Position numbers and translations under genes: made by a program
NCBI GenBank assembly: GCA_963762255.1
Contig: CAVXKA010000003.1
Coordinates: 608,001 to 672,000, forward strand
Source of the DNA: Candidatus Eiseniibacteriota bacterium
GTDB taxonomy: Bacteria > Eisenbacteria > RBG-16-71-46 > JABDJR01
Length of the DNA: 64,000 nucleotides
Direction: 5' to 3'
Part shown: in pieces, positions 47,955 to 56,242 of the stretch
Layout of the letters: every line of letters begins with the position of its first letter
How positions within the stretch are numbered: position 1 is the first letter of the stretch
The notes under the pieces: generated by a model
The model's database searches: none
The model's input: the letters and a program-made list of their open reading frames with translations, nothing else
What the model was told of the DNA's origin: nothing

Positions 47955-48946
47955 AGCTCCTCCATGGCGCTGACCGAAAGGGCTGTAAGCGGGAGGCCCA
48001 GCAGCGCCGCCGCCTCCTTCAAGTCTTCCGCGGGTTCGCTCTCGAAGCCGAGGAGCGCCCCCGTCACCGGATGCCGAAAACTCAACGTGGCCGCGTGCAG
48101 CGCCTGTCGCGACAGGACACCGAGCGCGGCGCTCACGCGCGAGCGCGCCTCGGCGGGAACGACCCGACCCCGTCCGGCGCGGCCGCCGTACTCCGGATCC
48201 CCGAACACCGGATGGGCGATGTGTTTCAAGTGAACGCGGATCTGATGCGTGCGCCCCGTCTCCAGCGCCAACGCCAGCGCGCTCACCACCGCATCCGACC
48301 AGAGCAGTCCGTAGCGGGTCGCCGCCTCGCGACCGCCGCGGTCGACCACTCGCATCCGCCGCCGGTCGGCCCGGCTGCGACCCAGAGACGCGCTGATTCT
48401 ACCGCGTTCCGGCTGGGGGCGACCCCAAACGAGCGCCCAGTATCGCCGACCGACCTCTCGGCGGGCCAGCGCCTTCGACAACTTTTCGTGGGCGAGGTCG
48501 GTCTTGGCCACCACCAGGAGCCCGCTCGTCCCCCGGTCGAGCCGGTGGACGATGCCCGGGCGGATCGGCGCGCCGAGGCCGCTGAGAGGGGTTCCGCGGC
48601 CCAGGAGGGCGTTGACGAGGGTGCCTCGGGAGCGCCCCGCCCCCGGATGGACGCTCATCCCGGCCGGCTTGTCCACCACGAGGAGCGCGTCGTCCTCGTA
48701 GACCACGACGAGCGGGATCGTCTCCGGGACCGGGGTGGGCTCGGGCGGAGGCGGCACGGAGACCTCGATCGTCTCCCCCGCCTTCAAGGGATGACCGGCC
48801 TTGGCCGGCGCGCCGTCCACCAGAAGGAGCCCCTGGTCGGCGAGCTTCTTGATCTGGGATCGGGAGAGACCGCTCAGGTGCGCTTCGAGAAACCGATCGA
48901 GACGCTCCCCCGCGTCAGCCGTCGTCGCGCGATGGCGCCACGGCAT
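47951..48946 (-). CDS. rluD: RluA/RluD-family pseudouridine synthase
   Basis: S4 domain RLDRFL..LSRSQI, YEDDALLVVDKPAG, GIVHRLDRGTSG, LETGRTHQIRVH, QALHA. Confidence 0.92.
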   Translation of the reverse strand: MPWRHRATTADAGERLDRFLEAHLSGLSRSQIKKLADQGLLLVDGAPAKAGHPLKAGETIEVSVPPPPEPTPVPETIPLVVVYEDDALLVVDKPAGMSVHPGAGRSRGTLVNALLGRGTPLSGLGAPIRPGIVHRLDRGTSGLLVVAKTDLAHEKLSKALARREVGRRYWALVWGRPQPERGRISASLGRSRADRRRMRVVDRGGREAATRYGLLWSDAVVSALALALETGRTHQIRVHLKHIAHPVFGDPEYGGRAGRGRVVPAEARSRVSAALGVLSRQALHAATLSFRHPVTGALLGFESEPAEDLKEAAALLGLPLTALSVSAMEEL

Positions 48947-49421
48947 GGACCGGCTCCTCGTGTTTGTCGTCCGAGAAGAGCAGCCCGATCGCGAGCCAGA
49001 CCACTCCGATCGACACCGCGGAGTCCGCGGCGTTGAAGACCGGCCAGTAGTGCGGCGGGATGCCGATCTGGATGAAGTCCACGACCTCGCCCAGGCGTAC
49101 GCGGTCGATGAGATTGCCGATCGCGCCGCCCAGAATGAGGCCCAGGGGAATGAGCGTGGAGCGGCGGGTCTGGTGGCGCCAGGCCACCACGATCACGACC
49201 ACGATGGCGACGATCGAGATTCCGATCAGCGGCCAGCGGCTCCCCGGAAAGAGGCCGAAGGCAGCGCCGGGGTTCTGGATGTAGGTGAGGCGGGCGACGT
49301 CGCCGAAGACCCGCCGGACCTCGTGGAGGCTCATGGTGGCGGTGACGATGCGCTTGGTGGCGATGTCCACGACCAGCACCGCGAAGGCGATGATGAAGAA
49401 GGTGAGACGGGAACGGATCAG
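48915..49421 (-). CDS. lspA: Lipoprotein signal peptidase II; probable CTG start
   Basis: DIATK, NPGAAFG, GGAIGNLIDRV, VVDFI, WPVFNAADS. Confidence 0.93.
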   Translation of the reverse strand: MIRSRLTFFIIAFAVLVVDIATKRIVTATMSLHEVRRVFGDVARLTYIQNPGAAFGLFPGSRWPLIGISIVAIVVVIVVAWRHQTRRSTLIPLGLILGGAIGNLIDRVRLGEVVDFIQIGIPPHYWPVFNAADSAVSIGVVWLAIGLLFSDDKHEEPVHAVAPSRDDG

Positions 49422-49795
49422 CGGACGCCTCGCTTCTCTTGCTCCGACTGGCAGGCGATGCAGAGGCGGGCCTGGGGGAGCGCCATGAGCCGCTCGCGGC
49501 CGACCTTTTCGCCGCAGCTCTCGCACGTGCCGTACTCCTTGCGGTAGATGCGGCGGAGCGCGTTGATGGTGTCGAAGAGGATGGCGCCCTCCGTCGAGGA
49601 ACGCAGGTAGCTCATCTCGCGCTCGAAGGCGTCGGAGCCGAGGTCGGCCATGTGGAACGAATAGGAGGAGAGATCGCCCGATGCCTCCTTGATGTTCTGG
49701 GCCATGGTGGCGTCGAGTCGGCCGATCTCCTCGATCAGGCCCGCCCGCTGTTCGAGAAGTCGCTTCTCAAGAGCCGCCAGGTCCTTCTTGTTCAT
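49418..49795 (-). CDS. DksA/TraR C4 zinc-finger protein
   Basis: HMADLGSDAFERE, ALRRI..YGTCESCG..ERLMALP..LCIAC; ATG overlaps the ileS stop. Confidence 0.92.
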   Translation of the reverse strand: MNKKDLAALEKRLLEQRAGLIEEIGRLDATMAQNIKEASGDLSSYSFHMADLGSDAFEREMSYLRSSTEGAILFDTINALRRIYRKEYGTCESCGEKVGRERLMALPQARLCIACQSEQEKRGVR

Positions 49796-52700
49796 GGCTT
49801 CACCCTTTCCAGTCGCACCGTGACCGCCTCCCCCTCCACGTCCCATGCGTCACCCGGGCCGCCCGGAGGGCCGATTTCGAACGATTCGGCGAGCAGCTCG
49901 GCCTGCGCGTACGCGCGATGCTCCTCCACCGCTTCGGCCAGTACCCCACCCACGCCGAGCCGCACCGACACACGGTCGGTGATCTCGAGCCCCTGCTCCT
50001 TGCGCAGGCTCTGCAGGCGGTGCACCAGTTCCCGCACCTTGCCCTCGCGTTCGAGCGCCGGCGTGAGCCGCGTGTCGAGCGCGACCCGAAGCCCCGCGTC
50101 CTCCGCGAGCGCGAAGCCCTCCAGGGCGAACTCCTCGATCTCGACCTCGGTGGCCAGGATCTCGACCTCGCCGTGCCCCTCGACGGTCACCCGCCAGGTT
50201 CCGTCAGGCTGCCCCGCGCGCACCGCGTTCGAGTCCACCGCCTTGATCGCCGTCGCCGCCTTGTTGACGTCGCCGCCGAAGCGGGGGCCGAGCGCTTTGA
50301 AGATCGGCTTCAAGCGCGCACCGAGGATCGCCGCGGGCGGGACGAAGTCTACTTGCTTGACGTTGATCTCGTCGCGGATGACTTCAAGGAGGGCCTCTTC
50401 CAGGGCCGCCGCGGGGGCGCCTGCGGGAGCGCCGGCGGGGGCGGGGCCGCCGGGGTCGCCGGCTACCAGGATCCGCGAGAGGGGCTGGCGCACCTTGAGT
50501 CCGGCCTGGGTGCGCGCCGCGCGCGCCAGCTCGGTGATCGCCAGCGCCCGGGCCATCGCCTCTTCCAGGGCGGGGCTGCGGCGCTCCTCACCGGGGGCCG
50601 GATACGCAGCGAGGTGCACGCTGACGGGCGCAGCGGGGTCATAGGGGACGACCAGCGCGCGGTGGAGCGTCTCCGCCAGGAACGGCGCGAAGGGGGCCAT
50701 GAGCTTGGCGACCGTGGCCAGGGCTTCGTGGAGCGTCGCGTAGGCCGCATCCTTGTCGGGCCCGCGCTCCCCTTTCCAGAACCGGCGGCGATTGCGCCGC
50801 ACGTACCAGTTGCTGAGTTCGTCCTGCACGAACGAGGAGAGGGTGCGCCCGGCGCGGGTCATCTGGTAATTGCGCAGGTCGTCGCGCATGGATGCCGAGA
50901 CCGCGTCGAGCCGCGAGAGGAGCCAGCGGTCGATGAGCGGGCGCTCGGCGAGCGGGGGCGCGGCGCCGGGCGTCCAGCCGTCCACGTTGGCGTAGCTGGC
51001 GAAGAACGCGGCCACGTTGCGCAGGGTGCCGAAGAACTTGCGCGCGACCTCGGTGACCCCTTCGCGCGAGAAGCGCGTGGTGACCCAGGGGGGCGAGTTG
51101 GTGACGAGGTACCAGCGGAGCGCGTCGGCGCCTTCCTCCCCCAGGACTTCCCAGGGGTCGGCGGCGTTGCCGAGACGCTTGGACATCTTGCGGCCGATCT
51201 CGTCGAGGATGAGCTCGTTGGCGACCACGGTCCTGTAGGGCGCCTGGCCCTTCACCAGCGTGCCGATGACCAGGAGCGAGTAGAACCAGCCGCGGCTCTG
51301 ATCGATCCCCTCGCAGATGAAATCCGCGGGGTACATGCTCTCGAAAACGTCCTTGTTCTCGAACGGGTAGTGCCACTGCGCGAAGGGCATGCTGCCCGAG
51401 TCGAACCAGACGTCCACGACTTCGCTCACGCGGTGCATCGGCCCCTTGCAGGACTCGCAGACGAGCACGACCTGGTCCGCGTTGGGGCGGTGGAGATCCT
51501 CGGGGATCGTGCCGCCGCGCGCGGCGATGTCGTCGCGGCCGCCGATGCAGACGACCTTGCCGCAGTCGGGATCGTCGCACCGCCAGAGGGGCATGGGGGT
51601 GCCCCAGTAGCGGTCGCGCGAGATGGCCCAGTCCACGTTGTTCTCGAGCCAGTTCCCGAAGCGGTTCTTCCCCACCTGGGGCGGGAGCCAGCGCACGCGC
51701 TCGTTCTCGGCGAGCATCTTCTCCTTGAGCGCGGTGGTGCGCAGGTACCAGGAGTCGCGCGCGTAGTAGAGGAGCGCGGTGTCGCAGCGCCAGCAGAAGG
51801 GGTAGCTGTGCTCGTGGTTGTCGGTGCGGTAGAGCTGCCCGCTCTCGCGCAGGAACTCGACGATCTTGGGATCGATCTCCCTCACCCGCTCGCCGGCGAA
51901 AAGAGGCACTTGATCGGTGAAGTGGCCGGTCTCGTCCACGGTGTGGAACTTGGGAAGGTCGATCTCCTGGCCGAGCGTGTAGTCGTCGGCGCCGTACATG
52001 ACCGCCGTGTGCACCACCCCGGTGCCGTCCTCGGTGGTGACGAACGCGGCGGGCGCGACGAAGTAAGCCTTCTTGCCGGTGAGCGCACCGATGTCGAGCC
52101 CGTGCTTGGCGCGCGCGGCGATCAAGGGGACTTTCGAGCTGAAGAGCGGGCGGTAGCGGCGGCCGACGAGATCGGCGCCGGGGAATTCACCGAGGACTTC
52201 GTAGTCGCCGCGCAGCACCTCGACGCGGTCTTCCGCCAGGTAGTAGACCTCTTTCCCCTGGCGCACCTTCAGGTAGGTGATGCTCTTGCCCACCGCGAGC
52301 GCGACGTTGCCGGGAAGCGTCCACGGGGTCGTCGTCCAGGCCAGGATGAAGGCGCCGGGCTCGTCCTCGAGCGCGAACTTCACCGTGACCGAGGGGTCCT
52401 TGACGGTCTTGTAGCCCTGCGAGACCTCGTGATCGGAAAGCGAGGTCTGGCAGCGCGGGCAGTAGGGCAGGACCTTGAAGCCGGCGTAGAAGAGCCCCTC
52501 GTCCCAGAACCGCTTCAGAATCCACCACACCGTCTCGATGTAGTCGTTCTCCAGCGTGACGTAGGGATGCTCGAGGTCGAGCCAGAAGCCGATGCGCTCG
52601 GTGATCCGATCCCACTCGTCCTTGTACTTGAACACGCTCTTGCGGCAGCGGGCGTTGAACTCCGCGAGGCCGAACGCTTCGATCTGCTCCTTGCCCTCGA

Positions 52701-53037
52701 TGCCGAGTTCCTTCTCGACCTCGATTTCGACGGGCAGCCCGTGCGTGTCCCAGCCGCCCTTGCGGCGGACCTTGTACCCCTCCATCGTCCAGAAGCGGCA
52801 GACCAGATCCTTCACCGTGCGCGCGAGAACGTGGTGTACGCCGGGGCGGCCGTTGGCGGTGGGAGGACCCTCGTAGAAGACGAAGTGGCGCTCGTCGGAG
52901 CGCTCGTCCACCGAGCGCTTGAAGATGTGCTCCGCGCGCCAGAACTCGAGGACGCGCTCTTCCGCGGCGGCCTGCCGGACGCCGGTGTCGAGCACGGGAA
53001 ATGCGGGAAGGTTGCGGGGTCCGGTGCTGCTCTCCAT
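49792..53037 (-). CDS. ileS: Isoleucine--tRNA ligase, type 2
   Basis: FYEGPPTANGRPGVHH, GWDTHGLPVE, AWTTTPWTLPGN, DWAISRDRYWGTP, DQSRGWFY, KMSKR, LSNWYVRRNRRRFW; no C-terminal zinc finger. Confidence 0.96.
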   Translation of the reverse strand: MESSTGPRNLPAFPVLDTGVRQAAAEERVLEFWRAEHIFKRSVDERSDERHFVFYEGPPTANGRPGVHHVLARTVKDLVCRFWTMEGYKVRRKGGWDTHGLPVEIEVEKELGIEGKEQIEAFGLAEFNARCRKSVFKYKDEWDRITERIGFWLDLEHPYVTLENDYIETVWWILKRFWDEGLFYAGFKVLPYCPRCQTSLSDHEVSQGYKTVKDPSVTVKFALEDEPGAFILAWTTTPWTLPGNVALAVGKSITYLKVRQGKEVYYLAEDRVEVLRGDYEVLGEFPGADLVGRRYRPLFSSKVPLIAARAKHGLDIGALTGKKAYFVAPAAFVTTEDGTGVVHTAVMYGADDYTLGQEIDLPKFHTVDETGHFTDQVPLFAGERVREIDPKIVEFLRESGQLYRTDNHEHSYPFCWRCDTALLYYARDSWYLRTTALKEKMLAENERVRWLPPQVGKNRFGNWLENNVDWAISRDRYWGTPMPLWRCDDPDCGKVVCIGGRDDIAARGGTIPEDLHRPNADQVVLVCESCKGPMHRVSEVVDVWFDSGSMPFAQWHYPFENKDVFESMYPADFICEGIDQSRGWFYSLLVIGTLVKGQAPYRTVVANELILDEIGRKMSKRLGNAADPWEVLGEEGADALRWYLVTNSPPWVTTRFSREGVTEVARKFFGTLRNVAAFFASYANVDGWTPGAAPPLAERPLIDRWLLSRLDAVSASMRDDLRNYQMTRAGRTLSSFVQDELSNWYVRRNRRRFWKGERGPDKDAAYATLHEALATVAKLMAPFAPFLAETLHRALVVPYDPAAPVSVHLAAYPAPGEERRSPALEEAMARALAITELARAARTQAGLKVRQPLSRILVAGDPGGPAPAGAPAGAPAAALEEALLEVIRDEINVKQVDFVPPAAILGARLKPIFKALGPRFGGDVNKAATAIKAVDSNAVRAGQPDGTWRVTVEGHGEVEILATEVEIEEFALEGFALAEDAGLRVALDTRLTPALEREGKVRELVHRLQSLRKEQGLEITDRVSVRLGVGGVLAEAVEEHRAYAQAELLAESFEIGPPGGPGDAWDVEGEAVTVRLERVKP

Positions 53038-53041
53038 GGCG

Positions 53042-53870
53042 CTACAGCCGCTCCAGGATCCGTGATCACGAGCTTCTTGAGCGCGGGCTCCGCCGAGGCC
53101 GCGGTGGCCAGGATGCGCGCGATGTTCACCGGCTCGAGCGCGTCGGGGAAGCAGGCGTCGGTGACCACCGAGAACGCGAGCACCTTCATGCCGCCGTGCA
53201 CGGCCACGATCGTCTCGGGGACGAGGCTCATGCCGACCACGTCGGCGCCGATCGCGCGCAGAAAGCGGTACTCGGCGCGCGTCTCCAGGTTGGGGCCGGC
53301 CACCGCCACGAACACGCCCAACTTGAGCGGGATGCGCTCTTCGAGCGCGATCTCCTCGGCGAGTTCCACCAGCTTCTTCGCGTAGGGCTCGCTCATGTCG
53401 GGGAAACGCGGGCCCAGGTCGGGTTCGTTGACGCCGATGAGCGGGTTGTCGCCCATCAGGTTGATGTGGTCGGTGACGGCCACGATGTCGCCGGGCGAGA
53501 AGTGCGGGTTCATGCCGCCGACCGCGTTGGTGACGATCAGGTCCTCGGCGCCGAGCGCGCGCATGACGCGCACCGGGAAGGTGACCTCCTTCATCGAATA
53601 GCCTTCGTAGAAGTGGACGCGGCCTTCCATGGCCACCACCGGCGTCTTCTTGATGCGGCCGAGGAGGAGGTTGCCGGCGTGGCTCTCCGCGGTGGAGACG
53701 GAGAAGCCGGGGATTTCCTCGAAGGGGATGCGCACCGCGCCCTCGACCATGTCGGACGCGTTGCCGAGGCCGGTGCCCAGGATGAGGCCCACCCGGGGTT
53801 TGAGGTCCGAGCGCGCGCGGATGAACTCCGCCGCCGTGCGGATTTGGGTCATCATGGACGACTCGGTCAC
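53042..53870 (-). CDS. punA: Purine-nucleoside phosphorylase; +1 frameshift near 53062
   Basis: ILGTGLG, GRVHFYEGY, VTNAVGG, GPRFPDMS, GPNLETRAE, DVVGMS; the alternative frame gives RILERL-TAG ending 4 nt before the ileS ATG. Confidence 0.9.
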
Positions 53871-54616
53871 CGTGTTCCTCCGCTCGCATCCCGGGCCCCG
53901 AAGAGCGCGGTGCCGACCCGCACCATCGTGGCCCCTTCCTGTATGCCGATTTCCAGATCGCCGCTCATCCCCATGGAGAGGATCGGGAGCGCGCGGCCGA
54001 GCCGGTCGGCCAGCTCCTCGCGCAGCTCGCGCAAGCGACGGAACGCCGGGCGGGCGGCTTCGGGATCGTCGGCCAGCGGGCCGACGGTCATGAGCCCCTG
54101 CGGATCGACGCCCTCGATCGACCTGAGCCGCGCCGCGACGTCCGCGACCTCGGCGGGATCGAAGCCCTCCTTGCTTGCCTCCCCCGAGCAGTTGAACTCG
54201 AGAAGGATGGGGAGCGCGATCCCATCGCCCGCGGTCTCACGGGCGATCTCGTCCAGCAATCGAATCGAATCCACGCTGTCCACGGCGCCGAAGAGCGCGA
54301 GCGCCTGACGCACCTTGTTGCGTTGCAGGTGTCCGATCAGCCGCCAGAAGGGCGGCGGACCGTCCCAGAGCGCCGCAACGGCCGGAATCTTCTCCCGCGC
54401 CTCCTGCACCCGGTTCTCGCCGAAGACGACCTGACCCGCGCGCAGAAGCTCCGCCACCTGTTCGGCGGCGAACGTCTTGGAGACGGCGACGAGCGTGATC
54501 GTTTCGGGGTCACGCCCCGCCCGCTCCGCCGCTACCCGGATGCGCCGCTCAACCGCGGCCAAACGGTCCCGGACGACCTCGGGGGCGGGGACGCCCGAAC
54601 CCCCTACCGTAGTCAT
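53867..54616 (-). CDS. yggS: YggS PLP homeostasis protein
   Basis: LVAVSK, FGENRVQE, IGHLQRNK, GLMT, LSMGMSGD, GATMVRVGTALFG. Confidence 0.95.
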   Translation of the reverse strand: MTTVGGSGVPAPEVVRDRLAAVERRIRVAAERAGRDPETITLVAVSKTFAAEQVAELLRAGQVVFGENRVQEAREKIPAVAALWDGPPPFWRLIGHLQRNKVRQALALFGAVDSVDSIRLLDEIARETAGDGIALPILLEFNCSGEASKEGFDPAEVADVAARLRSIEGVDPQGLMTVGPLADDPEAARPAFRRLRELREELADRLGRALPILSMGMSGDLEIGIQEGATMVRVGTALFGARDASGGTR

Positions 54617-54625
54617 GGACGCGTA

Positions 54626-54654
54626 ACTATACGGGTCGCGCCGGACCGGGGCAA
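54626..54654 (-). promoter_or_regulatory. Putative sigma-70 promoter for the yggS-ileS operon (nearly leaderless)
   Basis: TTGCCC-17 nt-TATAGT, 9 nt before the ATG. Confidence 0.5.
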
Positions 54655-54709
54655 CGCGGGATTAGGCCGGGGTTTGGGACAGGCCGAGGCGCTGCGACGG
54701 GGTCAGATG

Positions 54710-55261
54710 CTAGGGACGTTGCAGGCCGGCCTCGACCTCGCGGCGCTTGGCATCGCCCGCGAGGAGGCGGACCAGCTCGAGCGCGAAGTCCATCGCGGTG
54801 CCGGGACCTCGCGAGGTCACGACCTTGCCGTCCACCACCACCGGCGTGTTCTCCACCCGCACGTCGGAGAGTTCCATCGTTTCGAGAAAGCCGGGGTAGC
54901 TGGTGGCGCGCTTGCCGGAGAGCACGCCGGCCTTGGCGAGCACGATGGGTGCCGCGCAGATGGCGGCGGTGTACTTGCCTGCGCGCGCCAGGTCCTGGAC
55001 GAGGCGGATGATGCGCGGGTCGTCCGAGAGGTTCGTGGAGCCCGGGAGACCGCCGGGGAGCACGACCATGTCGAAGCCCTGGGCGAGGGCGCGGTCGAGT
55101 GTGGTGTCGGGAACCAGCACGGTGCCGTGGGCCGCGGTGACCTTGCGATCGTCGAGTCCGGCGGTAACCACGTCGATGCCGGCGCGGCGGAGGATGTCGA
55201 TGATCGTGACCGCTTCGAGTTCTTCGCATCCTTGAGCGAGAGGGACGAGAACCTTGGACAT
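54710..55261 (-). CDS. DJ-1/YajL/ThiJ family deglycase
   Basis: GCEELEAV, VVLPGGLPG, AAICAAP, TSRGPGTAMDFAL. Confidence 0.93.
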   Translation of the reverse strand: MSKVLVPLAQGCEELEAVTIIDILRRAGIDVVTAGLDDRKVTAAHGTVLVPDTTLDRALAQGFDMVVLPGGLPGSTNLSDDPRIIRLVQDLARAGKYTAAICAAPIVLAKAGVLSGKRATSYPGFLETMELSDVRVENTPVVVDGKVVTSRGPGTAMDFALELVRLLAGDAKRREVEAGLQRP

Positions 55262-55433
55262 GGAAACCTCCTTGCCGTCGCTGGGGGCTGCCTAGTGTAG
55301 CGCGGGGAAAGGGTGCGCGGGGAGGGTGCGGGGGCGCGCGTGTGGGGCTATGATCCGGGGAATTCGTTCGGCCGCCGGGACGGCGGGACCTTTGATCGCA
55401 TCGGTTGGCATTATCCGCAGAGGAGTCATTACC

Positions 55434-56207
55434 ATGGAAGATCGTGATCGCGCGCAGGTCGATGGGTCGGAGACGTCGGGCCTCACCCGGCGGGAGTTGT
55501 TGGGGACGCTCGGCGCGGCGGCGTCGGCCGGGCTTGTAGGATCTCTTCTCTCGCCGCTCGGAGCGAGCGCCCAGACCGGGCCGGCCGGGTCTGGAGGTGC
55601 GGCTGGGCCCGTTGCCTACACGCTGCCGCCTCTCCCCTACGCCGTCAACGCGCTCGACTCGTTTCTCTCGGCGGAGATCCTCACGCTCCATCATGACAAG
55701 CATCACGCCGGGTACGTGGCCGGATTGAACCAGGCGCTCGACGCGCTTGCGGCGGCGCGCACGGCGGGCAAGCTCGACGACGTGAAGTCGCTCACCCGAG
55801 CGGTGGCGTTTCACGGCAGCGGCCACATCCTGCACACGCTCTACTGGAACTCGATGAGCCCCAATGGAGGCGGCGCGCCCACGGGCGCTCTCAAGGAGAT
55901 GATGGAGGCGTCGTTCGGCACCGTGGACATGTTCCGCGCGCACTTCGCGGCGGCAACGAAGCAGGCCGAGGCGAGCGGATGGGGCATCCTCGCGTATGAA
56001 CCGTTCGGCAACCGGCTCCTGGTCCTGGCCGCGGAGAGCCACCAGCAGATGGCGATGCAGGGCGCGGTGCCGCTCCTGGTGTGCGACGTGTGGGAGCACG
56101 CGTACTACTTGCGATACCAGAACCGTCGGCCGGAGTACGTGGACAAGTTCTCCGACGTGATCAACTGGGAGTTCGCGGCGGATCGGCTGAAGGCGGCGCG
56201 GGGGTAG
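55434..56207 (+). CDS. Fe/Mn superoxide dismutase with twin-arginine signal peptide
   Basis: TRRELL Tat motif; LPPLPY, LHHDKHHAGYV, FHGSGHILHTLYW, SGWGIL, DVWEHAYY; AGGAG RBS. Confidence 0.92.
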   Translation: MEDRDRAQVDGSETSGLTRRELLGTLGAAASAGLVGSLLSPLGASAQTGPAGSGGAAGPVAYTLPPLPYAVNALDSFLSAEILTLHHDKHHAGYVAGLNQALDALAAARTAGKLDDVKSLTRAVAFHGSGHILHTLYWNSMSPNGGGAPTGALKEMMEASFGTVDMFRAHFAAATKQAEASGWGILAYEPFGNRLLVLAAESHQQMAMQGAVPLLVCDVWEHAYYLRYQNRRPEYVDKFSDVINWEFAADRLKAARG

Positions 56208-56236
56208 AGGCGTAGCGGGGGTAGAGGCGTAGCGGG
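56198..56236. repeat. 17-nt tandem duplication spanning the SOD stop codon
   Basis: GCGGGGGTAGAGGCGTA twice, then GCGGG. Confidence 0.7.
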
Positions 56237-56242
56237 TCGCGA

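Noticed and set aside
49792-53889. 1365-aa IleRS with a long N-terminal extension, or a PNP-IleRS fusion
   Set aside because: The extension is an alternate frame over the PNP gene; IleRS homology starts near ATG 53037 and PNP has its own stop at 53042 after a one-base correction
56198-56236. Functional role for the 17-nt tandem repeat
   Set aside because: Two copies at a convergent gene junction; simplest explanation is local slippage
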